From Azolla caroliniana (lineage: Eukaryota > Plantae > Polypodiophyta), in contig JBHGNT010000013.1 in NCBI GenBank assembly GCA_043228905.1, positions 4,774,001 through 4,838,000 on the forward strand: a stretch of 64,000 nt of DNA, written 5' to 3'. The notes beneath the pieces were generated by a model. The model was not told where the DNA came from, did no database searches, and saw only the letters and a list, made by a program, of their open reading frames with translations. Of the stretch, positions 1 through 12,339 are shown one piece after another; within the stretch, counting starts at the first letter, position 1, and every line of letters starts with the position of its first letter. A program made the translations under genes and the position numbers.

Positions 1-594
1 TTGGGGGCTCTCTCCATATATTATTTTTCTTTTCCTTCTCAACTCCCTTATCTTAGGGAAGCCATAACTCTCATAAACCCTAAATTCCCTACGGAAGCCA
101 TAACACTCAAAAACCCTAATCTTCTCTACGGAAGATATCTCTCAAGTAAACCCTAATTTCCTTATCGAAGCCATATCTCTCAAGTAAACCCTAATTTCCT
201 TACGGAAGCCATATCTCTCAAGTAAACCCTAATTTCCTTACGGAAGCCATATCTATCAAGTAAACCCTAATTTCCTTTCCCTAAATTTCCATACGGAAGC
301 TATTCAACTCATAAAACCATAATCTCTTATCAAAACCAAAAACCCTAATTTTCTATAGAATTCATATCTTAATTTCCTTTAATCAATTACTCTAGCCATC
401 TCCATTAGCAAACTTTTTGTAATCCCAATCTTGGGATTAATTGTAATCTTTCTTTCTACTTGTTAATGAAATTTGTTAATCTTTCTCATTTCGGTTAATT
501 CTTAGTACATAAATACACGACTTTGATATCCTCTAGTCAAAGGCCCCGGGGTCTTGCCTCAACGTTCACGTATCCTCGTCGTATTTTCGCGACA
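1..594 (+). mobile_element. 3' part of a gypsy-type LTR (same family as solo LTR 13105-14172), inserted into a copia RT gene
   Basis: Ends ...TATCCTCGTCGTATTTTCGCGACA, identical to the end of 13105-14172; followed by ACGG and copia RT sequence. Confidence 0.85.
70..300 (+). repeat. ~38-bp tandem repeat containing telo-box AAACCCTAA inside the LTR
   Basis: CGGAAGCCATATCTCTCAAGTAAACCCTAATTTCCTTA units start at about 129, 166, 203 and 241. Confidence 0.85.
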
Positions 595-2968
595 ACGGCG
601 AAAGACGCAAATTGGCATGTCGCGATGGAGGAAGAGATGTGCGCATTAATAGACAATGAGACTTGGGATCCGGTTGACACACCGAAGGGTGTAAAGCCGA
701 TGGGATGTAGATGGGTGTTTAAGGTGAAATACAACATCGATGGTTCGGTAACTGATATAAGGCCCGTTTGGTTGCGAAAGGCTACGTGCAGAAGCACGAC
801 ATAGATTCTGATGAGACCTTCGCCCCAGTCGCGAAGATGACTACCGTGCGAGTTCTACTATAGCCATAACATCGATGAAAGGATGACATCTACATCAGAT
901 GGTTGTAAACAATGCGTTCCTGCAAGGTATTCTTGAGGAACAAGTGTACATGGTACAACCCCCTAGATTTCTATCCGAACAGAACAATTCAACAGTTTGC
1001 CAATTGAAGAAGGCGTTGTACGGACTTAAGCAAGCCCTGCGAGCTTGGAACGGTTGCGTAAAATGGGGTTTACGACATCAAAGTCGGACTCCTCGTTGTT
1101 CGTTCGACAAGGTCGACATGGACCAATTTGTCTTTTACTTTATGTTGATGATTTAGTCATCGCCGGTGCCGACCTGGAAGAAATCGGCCACGTAAAGTCT
1201 CAACTTGCGGCATCGTTCGAAGTGATCCATTCCCCCGAAGGCATATTGATCAGTCAACGTCATTACGCGCTGAATATGCTCTTCAAGTTCGGGATGGCAG
1301 ATTGTAAGCCCATCTTAACCCCTTTGGATAGCAACGTGAAGCTTCGTCGAGATTCGGGAAAGGCGTGCAACATGACATAGTTTCGATAGATTGTCGGAAG
1401 CCTCATCTACTTGACGATCACTCGGTCGGACCTCAGCTATCCGGTCGGAATGATCAGTCAAGTTATGTCGTAGCCCACGACCGAACACCTTCAATGCGCG
1501 TAAAGGATATTACGATATGTGAGCGGCTTGAAAGACATGGTGCTGTTGTATCGTATAGACGTAGCCGAGCAGTTAGTCGGCTACACGGATGGCGACTAGG
1601 CCGGAAATGCCCATGATCGAAGATCCACATCTGGATACACATTCTCATTGGGAAGAGCGGTGATCACGTGGAGTAGTAAGACGCAACCAATAGTAGCACT
1701 ATCGAGCACTGAGGCTGAATATTGAGGGGCGACTATCGCTACGTGCGAAGTCATTTTGGCTCAAACGGCTATTACGGGATCTGCACGTAGAGGTGTCCGA
1801 TCCAACGACGATCTACTATAACAACCTCAACAACATCCACCTTCTAAAAAACCCTGTATTGCACACTCAGACTAAGCACATTGAGGTGCACTACCATTTT
1901 GTCAACGAGCGTGTCCTTTCTGGTGAAGTCGAACTGCCGTATGTTCGAACGGGTCGGCAGATTGCCGACACCTTCACCAAGCCCCTTAGTCTCGACAAGT
2001 TACGACATTTCTCGATTGAGTTGGGTTTGTGTCACCTCGACACGCCAAACTTGAGGGGGAGACAGGAATAAGAATAGGAGCGTGAAAGGAGCGGTAGTAA
2101 CTGCAATGTCAAATTAGATGAAGAATTCGATTTCGGGCCGGCTGAAGAAGCCGAAGAAAAAAAACGGGGCCGTAATCGGAAGGAAGAGCTGGAGATAGCC
2201 GAATAAAGGGGAAACAAAGCCAAGAAAGGCGTAAAGGCCAAGATTAAGACATGGTCAGACGTAGTTAAGGGCCTAAAGAAAAAAGACGAATTGGAGACAA
2301 CCAATTCGAGTGAAAGCGGGAATGAATTGGAAATGTTCGATTTGGATACGCCAAATCAACTAAGGGCCAAGCGGAGAAAAGAGTAGCGAAATAGGCGCCA
2401 AAACCGTGATAGCAAGGGAGCTGAGAAAGGCCACATGAGTAGACAAGCCAACTGAAAGGGTCGAGGAGCGTGGAATTGGACGGGTCGAGGAGCGCGAGCG
2501 AGGCGTGAAGCCAAGAGAAGTCGGAGCGAAGATCCGGAAAAGCATAGGAACCTCAAGTTGAGCTTGAGGGGGAGTGTTGAGAGACAAGCTCAACATTGGG
2601 TGCGTAACCCAGTGTGTAGATTGGGTGCGTAAAACCGTACGCAAAATATGGCCGTGAAGGTGTCTAAACCGGAAGGCCGTTAGAACGTTATTCCTCGTAA
2701 GGAATAGTTTTGGGAGTTAGTGTAGAAGGCTCATTTATGAGCGGTCAAGTACTGTCAGTACTTGTGTTAGCCCGATAGTCAGGGCTTGTATAAAAGGTGC
2801 TCATTGAGCATGAAATATGTACAAAGAACATATAGAGAATTAGTTTCGAATATAGTTTTGTATTTTCTGCTCACTCTGTCTCTCCCTCTCCTTCTCTATG
2901 ATTTTTGAGTTTTATCGAACTGTCGTACGTCCGAACCGTGTACTCTTCCGCACACGTATTATTTTACA
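595..2968 (+). mobile_element. pol: Ty1/copia 3' half: degenerate RT-RNaseH, PPT and 3' LTR (2575-2968)
   Basis: Motifs WVFKVKYN, NAFLQG, LYGLKQA, LLYVDDL, TKHIEVHYHF and LRG; PPT GAGGGGGAG precedes TGTTGAG; LTR ends TTTTACA; many stops and frameshifts. Confidence 0.9.
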
Positions 2969-3606
2969 GATAGACACTTTAAGACCACGCAGATGGGGAG
3001 GAATAAAAGGGTACTTAAGGGAGAGAAGTGAGGGAAGATCTGAGAGAAAAGCGGTTGCCTTAACAACCTGATGTAACAACTTCTCTCCCTCTTTGAGCTA
3101 TAAAAGGAGGGAGAGAGGATGTAGAGGGGATGCACGATTTGGGAGGTCGAAGTGCTATTAGTTTGAGAGCTGAGCATTTGATTTGCTATGTCCGCATATC
3201 TGTGCGGTGCTGTGGAGTCCTCTGCTCTCGTAGGAAGCCCGAGTGCTCTCGACTAGAGGCCCACCAGTATCAGTGTCTGTGTGAGTGTGGGCATAGAGAG
3301 CTTGAAGCTCTTCTACCGGTCGAGTCCGGTTGTATTTCTTTTTCTATTTCCTCTGATTAATCATTAGTTTATTGCTCCTCCCATGTGTTTGGGTGTCCCT
3401 GTGCTTTATTCTTGCTTTGTTCCATTTGAGAGAGCGTTTCCGGGAGCATGAGCCTATGAGCTCATTGATGCTTTCTAGCATCCATTGTAGAACAACATAC
3501 GTCTCTAATCCCATGCGCTCACCGTTCGGCATCCGGGAATCAATCCGGATAGGATTACACATCCAGACACGTTTTCGATGAAGTTGTGAAGAGGCCGATC
3601 CGGACA
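2969..3606 (+). mobile_element. LTR fragment (probably gypsy) interrupted by the upstream copia
   Basis: TATAAAAGG box near 3099, R/U5-like composition, ends ...GATCCGGACA. Confidence 0.5.
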
Positions 3607-3609
3607 ACT

Positions 3610-4770
3610 TGTTGAGTGTACAATCTCAACATGATCTGGATTGGAGTTCAGAACGAGAACCGGATCTGTGTCAGTATGGTATCTAGAACCAAGGGCCGGA
3701 TTAGATTGTAACTGGTAGGCCGTTAGAGGCCTACAAATTTAGCCTAGTACGTAGACATATTTTTTGGGAGTCAGTGTTAGTCGCTCGTATGAGCATTGAA
3801 GTACTTGTCAATACTTCTGTCAGTTCATGTAAGGACTTGTATAAAAGTGCTCACTGAGCACATTGTATGTACATAGAATTATTGTTTTCAATAGAGTTAT
3901 GTTCTGCTCTCTCTGTCTCTCCCATGTAATGTTTCCATTAAACATGTGTCTATATTCTATTGCTATCCAATTGAGCTGGTTTTGTCTTAGCTTTCGCATA
4001 TCTACTTTTAAATGGTATCAGAGCGTGAGGGTTGAGAACCTTTGTAGCCGACAAGCGTTTTCTGAAGACAAAACCCTAATAGTTGGTAAAGAACAGACAA
4101 AAGAAGAATATGGACCGAGGAATGGCTAGCTCGCTCCCGACGGAAAAGCTCGACAGATCCAACTACACATCTTGGTCGTACAAGATGCACCAGTACCTAC
4201 TCGGGCATGGTTACTGGAGTTATGTCGACAGAGTTAACGATACGGCGCTTGACGCAATAGAAGGACTTCCCGACTTGGGAACAAACATGAAGCAAAGTTA
4301 TGTACTGCTTCGCGTCCAGTGTAGGCGCTCAATTACTGAGCCATATCTGGGACGGCAAGCTGCCAAAGGAAGATTGCGGAAACCTAAAGAGGGTCTTTGC
4401 TACAAGCACCATGACCCGGAAGCTGCAACTCCGGCAGGAGTTGAGCAATGTTTGATAGAAGGACATGTCGATGGCCGACTATGCGGCCCGGATCAAAGAA
4501 ATCTACGACTAACTTGCCTCTATCAACATGACCGTCGAGGAAGATGAGATGGTGCAGGTCTGTCTCGGGGGCCTAACGTCAAAGTTTGGAGCATTCCGGA
4601 TTGCGGTCTGTACAAGGGAGAATACGCCCTCGTTTTTCGATTTACAGTCGATGCTCCTAGTAGAGGAGAACCATGTGGGTGCATCAACGAGCACACACAC
4701 CAATAGCAGGATGATATAGATGGAGGCGGATTGGCCCTGTGATTGTGGCGAAGGAGGCGGATCAGCACGT
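3610..4770 (+). mobile_element. gag: Ty1/copia 5' part: LTR 3610-4012, Met-i PBS and degenerate gag, interrupted by a gypsy insertion
   Basis: TGTTGAG start; TGGTATCAGAGC at 4013-4024; gag peptide LPTEKLDRSNYTSWSYKMHQYL homologous to the gag near 12350. Confidence 0.88.
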
Positions 4771-4879
4771 TGTTGTGAAAATCTGTCACTATGTGCAGAT
4801 CAAGAGGCAAAACCGCCAAGGTTATGGACGGGAAGGAAATAGGGCTCACACACACAACACAAGGAAGTCTTACACAAAC

Positions 4880-5580
4880 AAGGCATGAGTATTTGAACGT
4901 GTTTGTGCAAAGGAGAGGTGCATGAGCAAGCCCGAATCAACCCCTAGTCATAAGGCGAATGAATGCACGTGAGGAAGGCTTACACACGGACACACAAGGA
5001 AAAGGCTTACTTACACACACGAGAGACAAAGTTTCAAATGCCTTTGTGAAAAGTAAGGTGCATGGGCAAGCCCAAACGTTCCCTTGTTACAAGACACACG
5101 AACACACAAGCAAGGTTTACACACGGGAGACACAATTTCAAACGCCTTTGTGAAAGGAGAGGTGCATGGGCAAGCCTGAACGCTCCCTTGCCACAAGTCG
5201 CACGATCACACAAGCAAGATTTACACTAACAGGCAAGACACAAAATTTTGAATGCCTTTGTGAATGGAGAGGCGCATGGGCAAGCCCGAAACGCTCCCTT
5301 GTCACAAGACACACAAACAAATAAGCACAAATGACAATAACATATAAGACACGTAAGTTTGAATGCCTTTGGGAAAGGAGAGGTGCATGGGCAAGCCCGA
5401 AGCGCTCCCTTGTCACAAGACACACAAACAAATAAGCACAAATGATGATAACATATAAGATACGTAAGTTTGAATGCCTTTGTGAAAGGAGAGGTGCAGG
5501 GGCAAGCCCGAAACGGCCCCTTGTCACAAGGCACACAAACAAATAAGCACAAATGACAATAACATATAAGACACGTAGGT
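4880..5580. repeat. ~111-bp tandem repeat (about 6 copies) inside the LTR of element C
   Basis: GAATGCCTTTG...AGAGGYGCATGGGCAAGCCCG recurs at about 5250, 5361 and 5472, with diverged copies near 4900, 5037 and 5140. Confidence 0.85.
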
Positions 5581-6429
5581 GAAACCAAACATTAGTTTAT
5601 TACAATATAATAGATTCTTTTATAAAATAAGAATCAATTTTACAACAGGTTTGATATGAATATGAGAGATAATTTATAAAGGAAGGGGGAAGAGAGGTGG
5701 AGGAAAGATGAGAGTGGAATATAGAAGAAGGTGATTCTTTGTTGATGATGCCTCTCGATGTTGTTGATCTTTCTTCTTTTGCCTTCCAATTGAGTAGACC
5801 TTCCGCATTCCTTCTCCCTCCCCCCCTTCTTCACTACAATAGGCTCTTATTTATAGGTTTAGGATTGCTTGCCTTTTCCCCCTAAAAAAAAGCTTGTGTA
5901 TATGAGTCGACTTTTCTTTTCCTCACTATTTCGGTTTCTAGCCCCAAATTTCACATGCAAGATATTCTTGGAAATCTCTTTGGGTTAGCTTTCTTATGGA
6001 TCTTTTCTTTTCTAATTTGGACATTTGATGAGGCAATTATGAGCTTTTTTCTCTATTGTGTTCCTCATATCCACGCGTGCTTTTGTCTTTTTTTCTCTCC
6101 ATCTTTTTCTCTACTTTTTTCTACTTTTGAAAACCGCCTCTAACTTAATATTCATCATTATTTATAGTAAGGTTCAATCCTTTGACCTTTTATTTATAAG
6201 GAATTATCTTTGGCAAATGAAAAAGTATTTTTGCTACCAATAAAGTTGACTTCACAATACTAGTTTATTTGAACTACTATTTTACTTCTTTTCGAGGGTG
6301 GTTTTACACTATGTGTTAGAAACATCACGACTTCCAGTCCCACCAAACCTACACATCCTCCGGTATGTGCCAATGATTGTTAGCTGCTATTGCTTATTCT
6401 TTTTAAACCTCGAAGTCTAGAGGTTCGAT

Positions 6430-9400
6430 TTAAGGATTTGTGGTCTCTCTTCTCTTAAAGATCTTGATTCTCTTCCCTGCAATCGGCAAAGCAAGTCGAG
6501 TTCCATCTAACTCCGCTAGAAAATAGGTTGCATTGTTTTCAGTTTCCTTAACCACATATGGGCCAAACCATCGTTTCACGAACTTTCGAGGAGTGCTATG
6601 CTGGTTATGAAGGCTTCTATCATAGACAAGTACCCAATCTCCTTCTTCAATTTTTCTTAGACGAAGACGATGTTTTTTATCAAAATTCTCCTGGTTCCTC
6701 AATTGAGCCTCACGTAACCGCTCTATTGCTAACTCGACATCTTTGGGTCTCCGTTCTAATTGTTGGATCCTTGTAGCTAGCAAGTCTTCTCGACTCATCT
6801 TCTCTTGCCATGGCAAAGCCGTCCATGAAGTAACACTTTTCTCGATAGGCATTATTGGTTTTTGCCCTAATATGAGGTCGCTCGACATATATCCTGTAGT
6901 CGTGCTATGTGTAGTTCTATCGGCCCACAATGCATATGGTAATAATCGTGGTCAGTCCCCCATCTTCCCTTCGCAAGAATTTGCTAGAGCTTTTACAATC
7001 GGGCTATGTCTCCGCTCCACCTTTCCATTTGCCTCCGGGTTGTATGCCATGGTAAGTGATAATTTGACACCTATCCTTGAGAAAAACTCTTTAGCTTCAT
7101 TTGCATCTAATTCTCCTCTATCGGCTACTATTTTGCCGACACATCCATATCGACAAATAACATCTTCCAAGAGAAACTTGCAAACCGCCAAAGTTGTTTT
7201 ATTCCTTAGTGCCCGACCTTCTACTTGGTTGGTGAGATCCTCTCTTGCTAGCACGAGGTATCTCATTTGCCACAATCCCATTGGCATAGCCACTATGTCT
7301 ACCAACCACTTATAGTGCATTGATAATGGATATGTCGGATGAAGTTCATCCCTAAGTTGAACATTCGAGTATAATTGGCATTGCGCACATGTTTCAACAT
7401 AGCTTGTTACATCATTGTAAACACCTGGACAACAATACTTCTCGTTGAGCTTTGCAAAAGTTGCCCATATACCTCGATGACCTGCCCACAAACTATCATG
7501 AAATTCAACAATTAGTGTTTGTTGATCTTGTTTCTTGCACACCACTCGAAGTGGAGTTCCATTCTTCCTCTTTGGAAACTTCCATAGATATCCTTCTTTG
7601 AGGAAGAACTTGTAGGACTTCTTCCTAATTCGGTAGAAGTCTTCCTTTGACCATGATTCATCCTTTGTAAGAGAGCTTAAGTACTTGCCAATTTTGATGA
7701 ATTCACCCTCATAATCTTCTACTTTAATCACCGCTAGCACCCGAGCACAAGAAATTGTAAAGAAGTTTAGGCCAACATCCTCTTTATCAGAGCATAGATC
7801 TTCTTCACCCTCGTACCTTGCCCTTGACAACATATTGGCCACCACATTATGCTTCCCAGTTTTATGTTGAATCTCGGGGTTGAACGACTTGATATAGGAA
7901 ATCCATCGTAGTATAGCAATATGTGGTGTAGCACAACCAAATATCATCCCGAGAATAGGTAGGCATTCGGTTTCGATTATGACTTCCATTCCGATAAGGT
8001 AGTCGCGATCGGTTTTAACCGCGGATACTATCCCCCATAGCTCTTTCTTTACTTGGATGTACTTTCTTTGTCTTTCGGTCAACACCTTTGCACCGAATCG
8101 GATTGCATACCGATTTTTGACTTTTTCTTCTTGGTTAATCAGCCATCCAATTCCGATTGGGCTCATATCCACTGTCACATATATCAGGGTACCTTCGGTG
8201 TAGTTGGATTTGCGCAATGCTGGAGCTTCCAATAATAGTTTCTTCAACTTTTGAACCGCGTAGGTATGCTCGTCTTCCCATCAAACTTCTTCCTTTTCTT
8301 TAGTAGTCCATGCAATGGTTCAACAACATGGGCATAGTGTGGAATCCATATGTGGTAGAACGCACATGCTCCCAAGAATCTTCTCACCTTTGTTTGGGAC
8401 TCACACTCCTATTTCATCTCTTGGATAACATTCACCTTGGATGGAGATGGCTTCCGGCCATAAGATCCACAGAAGTGTCCTACTACCAATATTTCTGGTT
8501 GACCGAATGCGAACTTCTCTCCCGAAAACGTGAGATTTGCATCCTCAAACTTTTGCAACACCTTCTTGTTATCCTTTATATGATCGATGACAAATCTTCG
8601 GCAACCATCTTCATCTTTTGATTCATCTTTTTCTTCCATCGAGCATCCTTTGATCGGAATTTCATCTAAGAAAGGCATTGTCATATTAGGAATACAATCC
8701 TTTAACACTTTTTTCATGCCATTCATCATATGGGCTATGGAGTTTGTCGCACCTTGGGGTAAGGTCCACATCCTTACCAACCCAATCGGTGTCCTCATTG
8801 TTGTAATGTCTCTACTATTGACTAGCAATTGAAATTGATCATAGCTCGAGTAGAGATCACCAATGGAATAGATCGATCTTCCCGCGAAGGCTTTGGCAAA
8901 TTCATCCACGCTTGGACCAATTCTGGCATTTCTGATCGTCATCTTGTTGACGGGTTGGAGATCTTGAATAAAGCGTAAGGACCCCTTCTTCTTCGGCACT
9001 GTAAACCATTTATTGGAGTAGGGAGCATTGGATGGCTCAAGAATTCCTATCCTAACCTTTTCCTTTAGAAGCTCAATCCACTTCGGAATGTGAGCTCTTG
9101 GAACTGGTATCAGCTTGAGGTTCCAAGGTACATGCGGCACCGTAAATATCACCATCGGCTCTATCATCTTCGGGTCGGCACATCCGATTTCTTGTCTCTC
9201 AAGCATCATCCGAAACCTTTCTTCTTCTTCGGGGAGAAGGAAGTCATCCTTCCTGACTTGGAGTTTCCCTCTTGATTCATTGGTGAAGGTATGACCTATC
9301 CCTTTTGGGTCTCTGAGACTTGGATCCTTGGTAACTTCCTTCATTCTTTGCCAACTATCCTCCGGTAAAGGAATAGCTACCGGCTTGACCTTCTTATCTA

Positions 9401-9797
9401 CTGTTTTATATTTTGTATTTACTTTGACCAACTCCTCCATAACCCCTCGTTGACATTTGTCAATGGCGGTATACATGTTGATGGAGTTGATATGAATAGT
9501 ATGTTGCTCATGAGGGCTGAAGTCCACGATACTCGTTATTTCTCCAATTGTATTGTTAAATGAGGCTTCCTCCATGACCCATGATATGTTGTCTTCTTCT
9601 TCTAATATTCCTTGTTCTTTTAACTAATGTTCAAAGCTTTGAACTTGGCTCTTCTCTCTCTCATTGAGTGTAGTCATCCCACACACGCCATTAGGTGCTA
9701 AATATAGGTTTCCTTCTTTCTTTCTTCTTCTTTTCAGGGACTTACTTTCTCTCAGACTATCTTTGCCCCATTCTTCAATAGTCCATGCTAAAAATCC
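6430..9797 (-). pseudogene. pol: Gypsy pol (RT-RNaseH-integrase), disrupted
   Basis: ORFs 8409-9575 (LPQGATNS, PFLDEIPIKG), 6952-8247 (RNase H; GHRG..C..C; ADRGE; YNPEANGKVER) and 6430-6930 (WFGPY). Confidence 0.92.
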
Positions 9798-11794
9798 GAG
9801 GCCTCATCTCCTAGGCTATCTTAGTTCCTCCCATGATTAGCTCACATGGTCAAGAATTGAACCAACTTTCGACCATCAAGACTCTTCACCTGAGCGAATG
9901 CCGCTCCATTGCCGAACACCTTAGCCTCCATCCTTGATGATGTTATGTAGGGTTGCCCAAGAATCACCGAATGGGAGGCTGAATCTTGCACAAAACAGTG
10001 TTGGTCGATCTCTACATCCCCGATTGTGACTTGAATATTGGGACATGCTCCATAAAGTTCTTCCGTTACCTTTGTCGCCGCATGAATCCTCCATCCATGG
10101 TTCGTGTTGATAGGCCATCTTCCCTTCTTATAGAAATCCATCGACATGAGGTTAATCTCTGATTCGTGGTCTATAAGAGCCACAACCGTCTCTTTTTTCT
10201 CTCCAATCTTCATTCGAGTTTCCGTTGTCGCTCTCGCCCAATGGGGTTGTGTATAATGACTGTCCACTAGATCTTCTTCTTTTTCTTCTGTCCTTGCCAT
10301 ATTTATGGCATTGGTTGTCACCTTTGTCGAAATTCCCTCTTCCTCATCCACTTGTTGTCTTTTTCATTTGATAAGATCGACGATGGTCTCATGGAACTCC
10401 TTCTTTGCAATTCCAAGTAGTTCTCTCAATGTAAGGTCAATACGGCTATCAAGCACTCTTTCTTCAAGAACCTTTCTTAAGTTAGTTGTTTGTTCAATAT
10501 CCGACCTTAATTTTTATGTTGGCGTCGATCTATCCTTCCCCTTCTTGGAAATCTCTTCAATGGGCTGAGTTGGTTCCTCGGCTCTCTTGTTTGAGCTTCT
10601 ATCTTCTTGACCTGTGGTCTTGATCATCTCTTCCTTCTTCTTAGTGCTTCTTGTGTCATGTTTCTTGGAAGGTCCTTCATCTAGATCTGTCCTCTTCCGC
10701 TTCTCATCCACAAACACTTTGTGGGTTTCGCATATGACCTTTGCAGAGATCGTGTTGTTATCAACTGGATCCGCCCACTCGATAAGGTCTCGTACATGAA
10801 AGTTGGCTAGCTTTGCATCATCCGAATTAATCTTCTCTTTTTTTCATATTCGAGGACGGTTGGCCAAAACCCTATTACTGGTTTAATCATTCCAAGGTTC
10901 TCCTTCCCGATTCTTATACCGGTGGATGCGGCATAGTTTATAGCTTCGACGTGGCTCACATCGGCCTCATCCATTATTTTCTTTAGAACCTGCCTACCGA
11001 AATTCACTTGCAAGAGCTTCCGAGTCTCACTTGAGTGTATAATGTTTTGTCGAATTGCCTCTTGAAGGCTAGCACAATCTTTCCTTGCATGATCAACACT
11101 ATCACACCATACACATCTATATGGGTCTTTCCCCTTTGGCCCTCTACGACTCATATTAGCTAATGAAACCGCTTCAAATTTTCATGCCAACTCTTCAATG
11201 ACAGAGTTATCCATCGCTCTTTCGGTCAGCTTGCTTTTCTTTGTCATCTCAGTTGCTATTGGAGCCTTCCTTCTTTGGACTACTGGGCCCTCTATGTAGG
11301 AATCATCTAGCCATTGGAGACGTTTGTCAAATCGATCACATGCCCTTCTTACCGCAATACAATCTGTTATGAGACCATTGGGTTGTGCTTCGTCTTCTAA
11401 TAGACTACCTCGTTCTCGTCTATTTTTTGCATCCACCGCCTTTAAGAAGTACAAAACTTTATGTCCTTCGAGAAGTGTTTGGTCGGTTCTCGGGAGACGG
11501 TTGTACATTTGGTCAAATTCAGTGTACACTCCCGATGTGTTCATGTTCTTCCCCTTCTTCTTGATCCACTTCATCAATGTATGACGAGTCATCCTCGACG
11601 CATCTTCAAGCATATATTCAGCCAAAAGCACCCTTTCAAATCCCACCCATGTTGTTTGGGCGGCTTGAATCTCCCTTATACGGACTTGTAACCCAATTGC
11701 TACGACACGCTTGAAGCTTGATATTTGCTTCTCTTTGAGGACATCACATTGTTGCATCTCCGTCTTGTATGTAGCGAGAAAATCCGTAATGTTT
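9788..11794 (-). pseudogene. gag: Gypsy gag-protease, disrupted
   Basis: Zinc knuckle CVWCDSVDHARKDC; protease ALIDHESEINL...ILGQPY. Confidence 0.88.
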
Positions 11795-12339
11795 TGTTGA
11801 GAATCAAGCTCAACTTGGTCTAGTGTGTGAACTCACCTTGAGAGTGAATAGACACTCCAACAATCAAGAGTCACCATTATGTCACCACTTTGTATTCTAG
11901 CATTTAGTATGAGTCATAGAATCATATTCTATGACACATAACTTATGAGCTTTCACATTACCCATGCTCCATGAGTCTTGTAGTTAATGTAGAGAGAGGG
12001 TGACTATATAAAGCACCCTCCTCCCACTTTGTAAAATGTTGAGTCTTTCTCCTTTGTTAATACAATCTACCTTGCGTATACTCTATGTCTTACTTCTCAC
12101 TCACTCACTCTCTCTCTCTCTCATACACACACAGTTCACACCTATTCTGCTACACAAGAATCATACCGGATTCTTTACATGGTATCAGAGCGATTTGGTA
12201 GCTCGATCTAGCCCATTCGCCTCATCGTGATTGTGTGTTGTGCTCCACGCTGACGACCAAGAACCGGCTCATCGTTATCGTAGCTTCGCTACATAGTTCG
12301 CATTCGAAGAGAGAAGAAGAAGAAGAAGAATCGACATAA

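Noticed and set aside
70-350. Telomere or interstitial telomeric array
   Set aside because: The AAACCCTAA motifs are isolated within a longer LTR repeat, not tandem TTTAGGG
3603-3612. ACTT after GACA as a counter-example to the MCGK target rule
   Set aside because: A copia LTR starts 3 nt later, so the true flank (possibly a PBS spacer) cannot be read; lineage assignment is also uncertain
5138-5588. Repetitive hydrophobic ORFs
   Set aside because: They are a by-product of the 111-bp (multiple of 3) LTR tandem repeat
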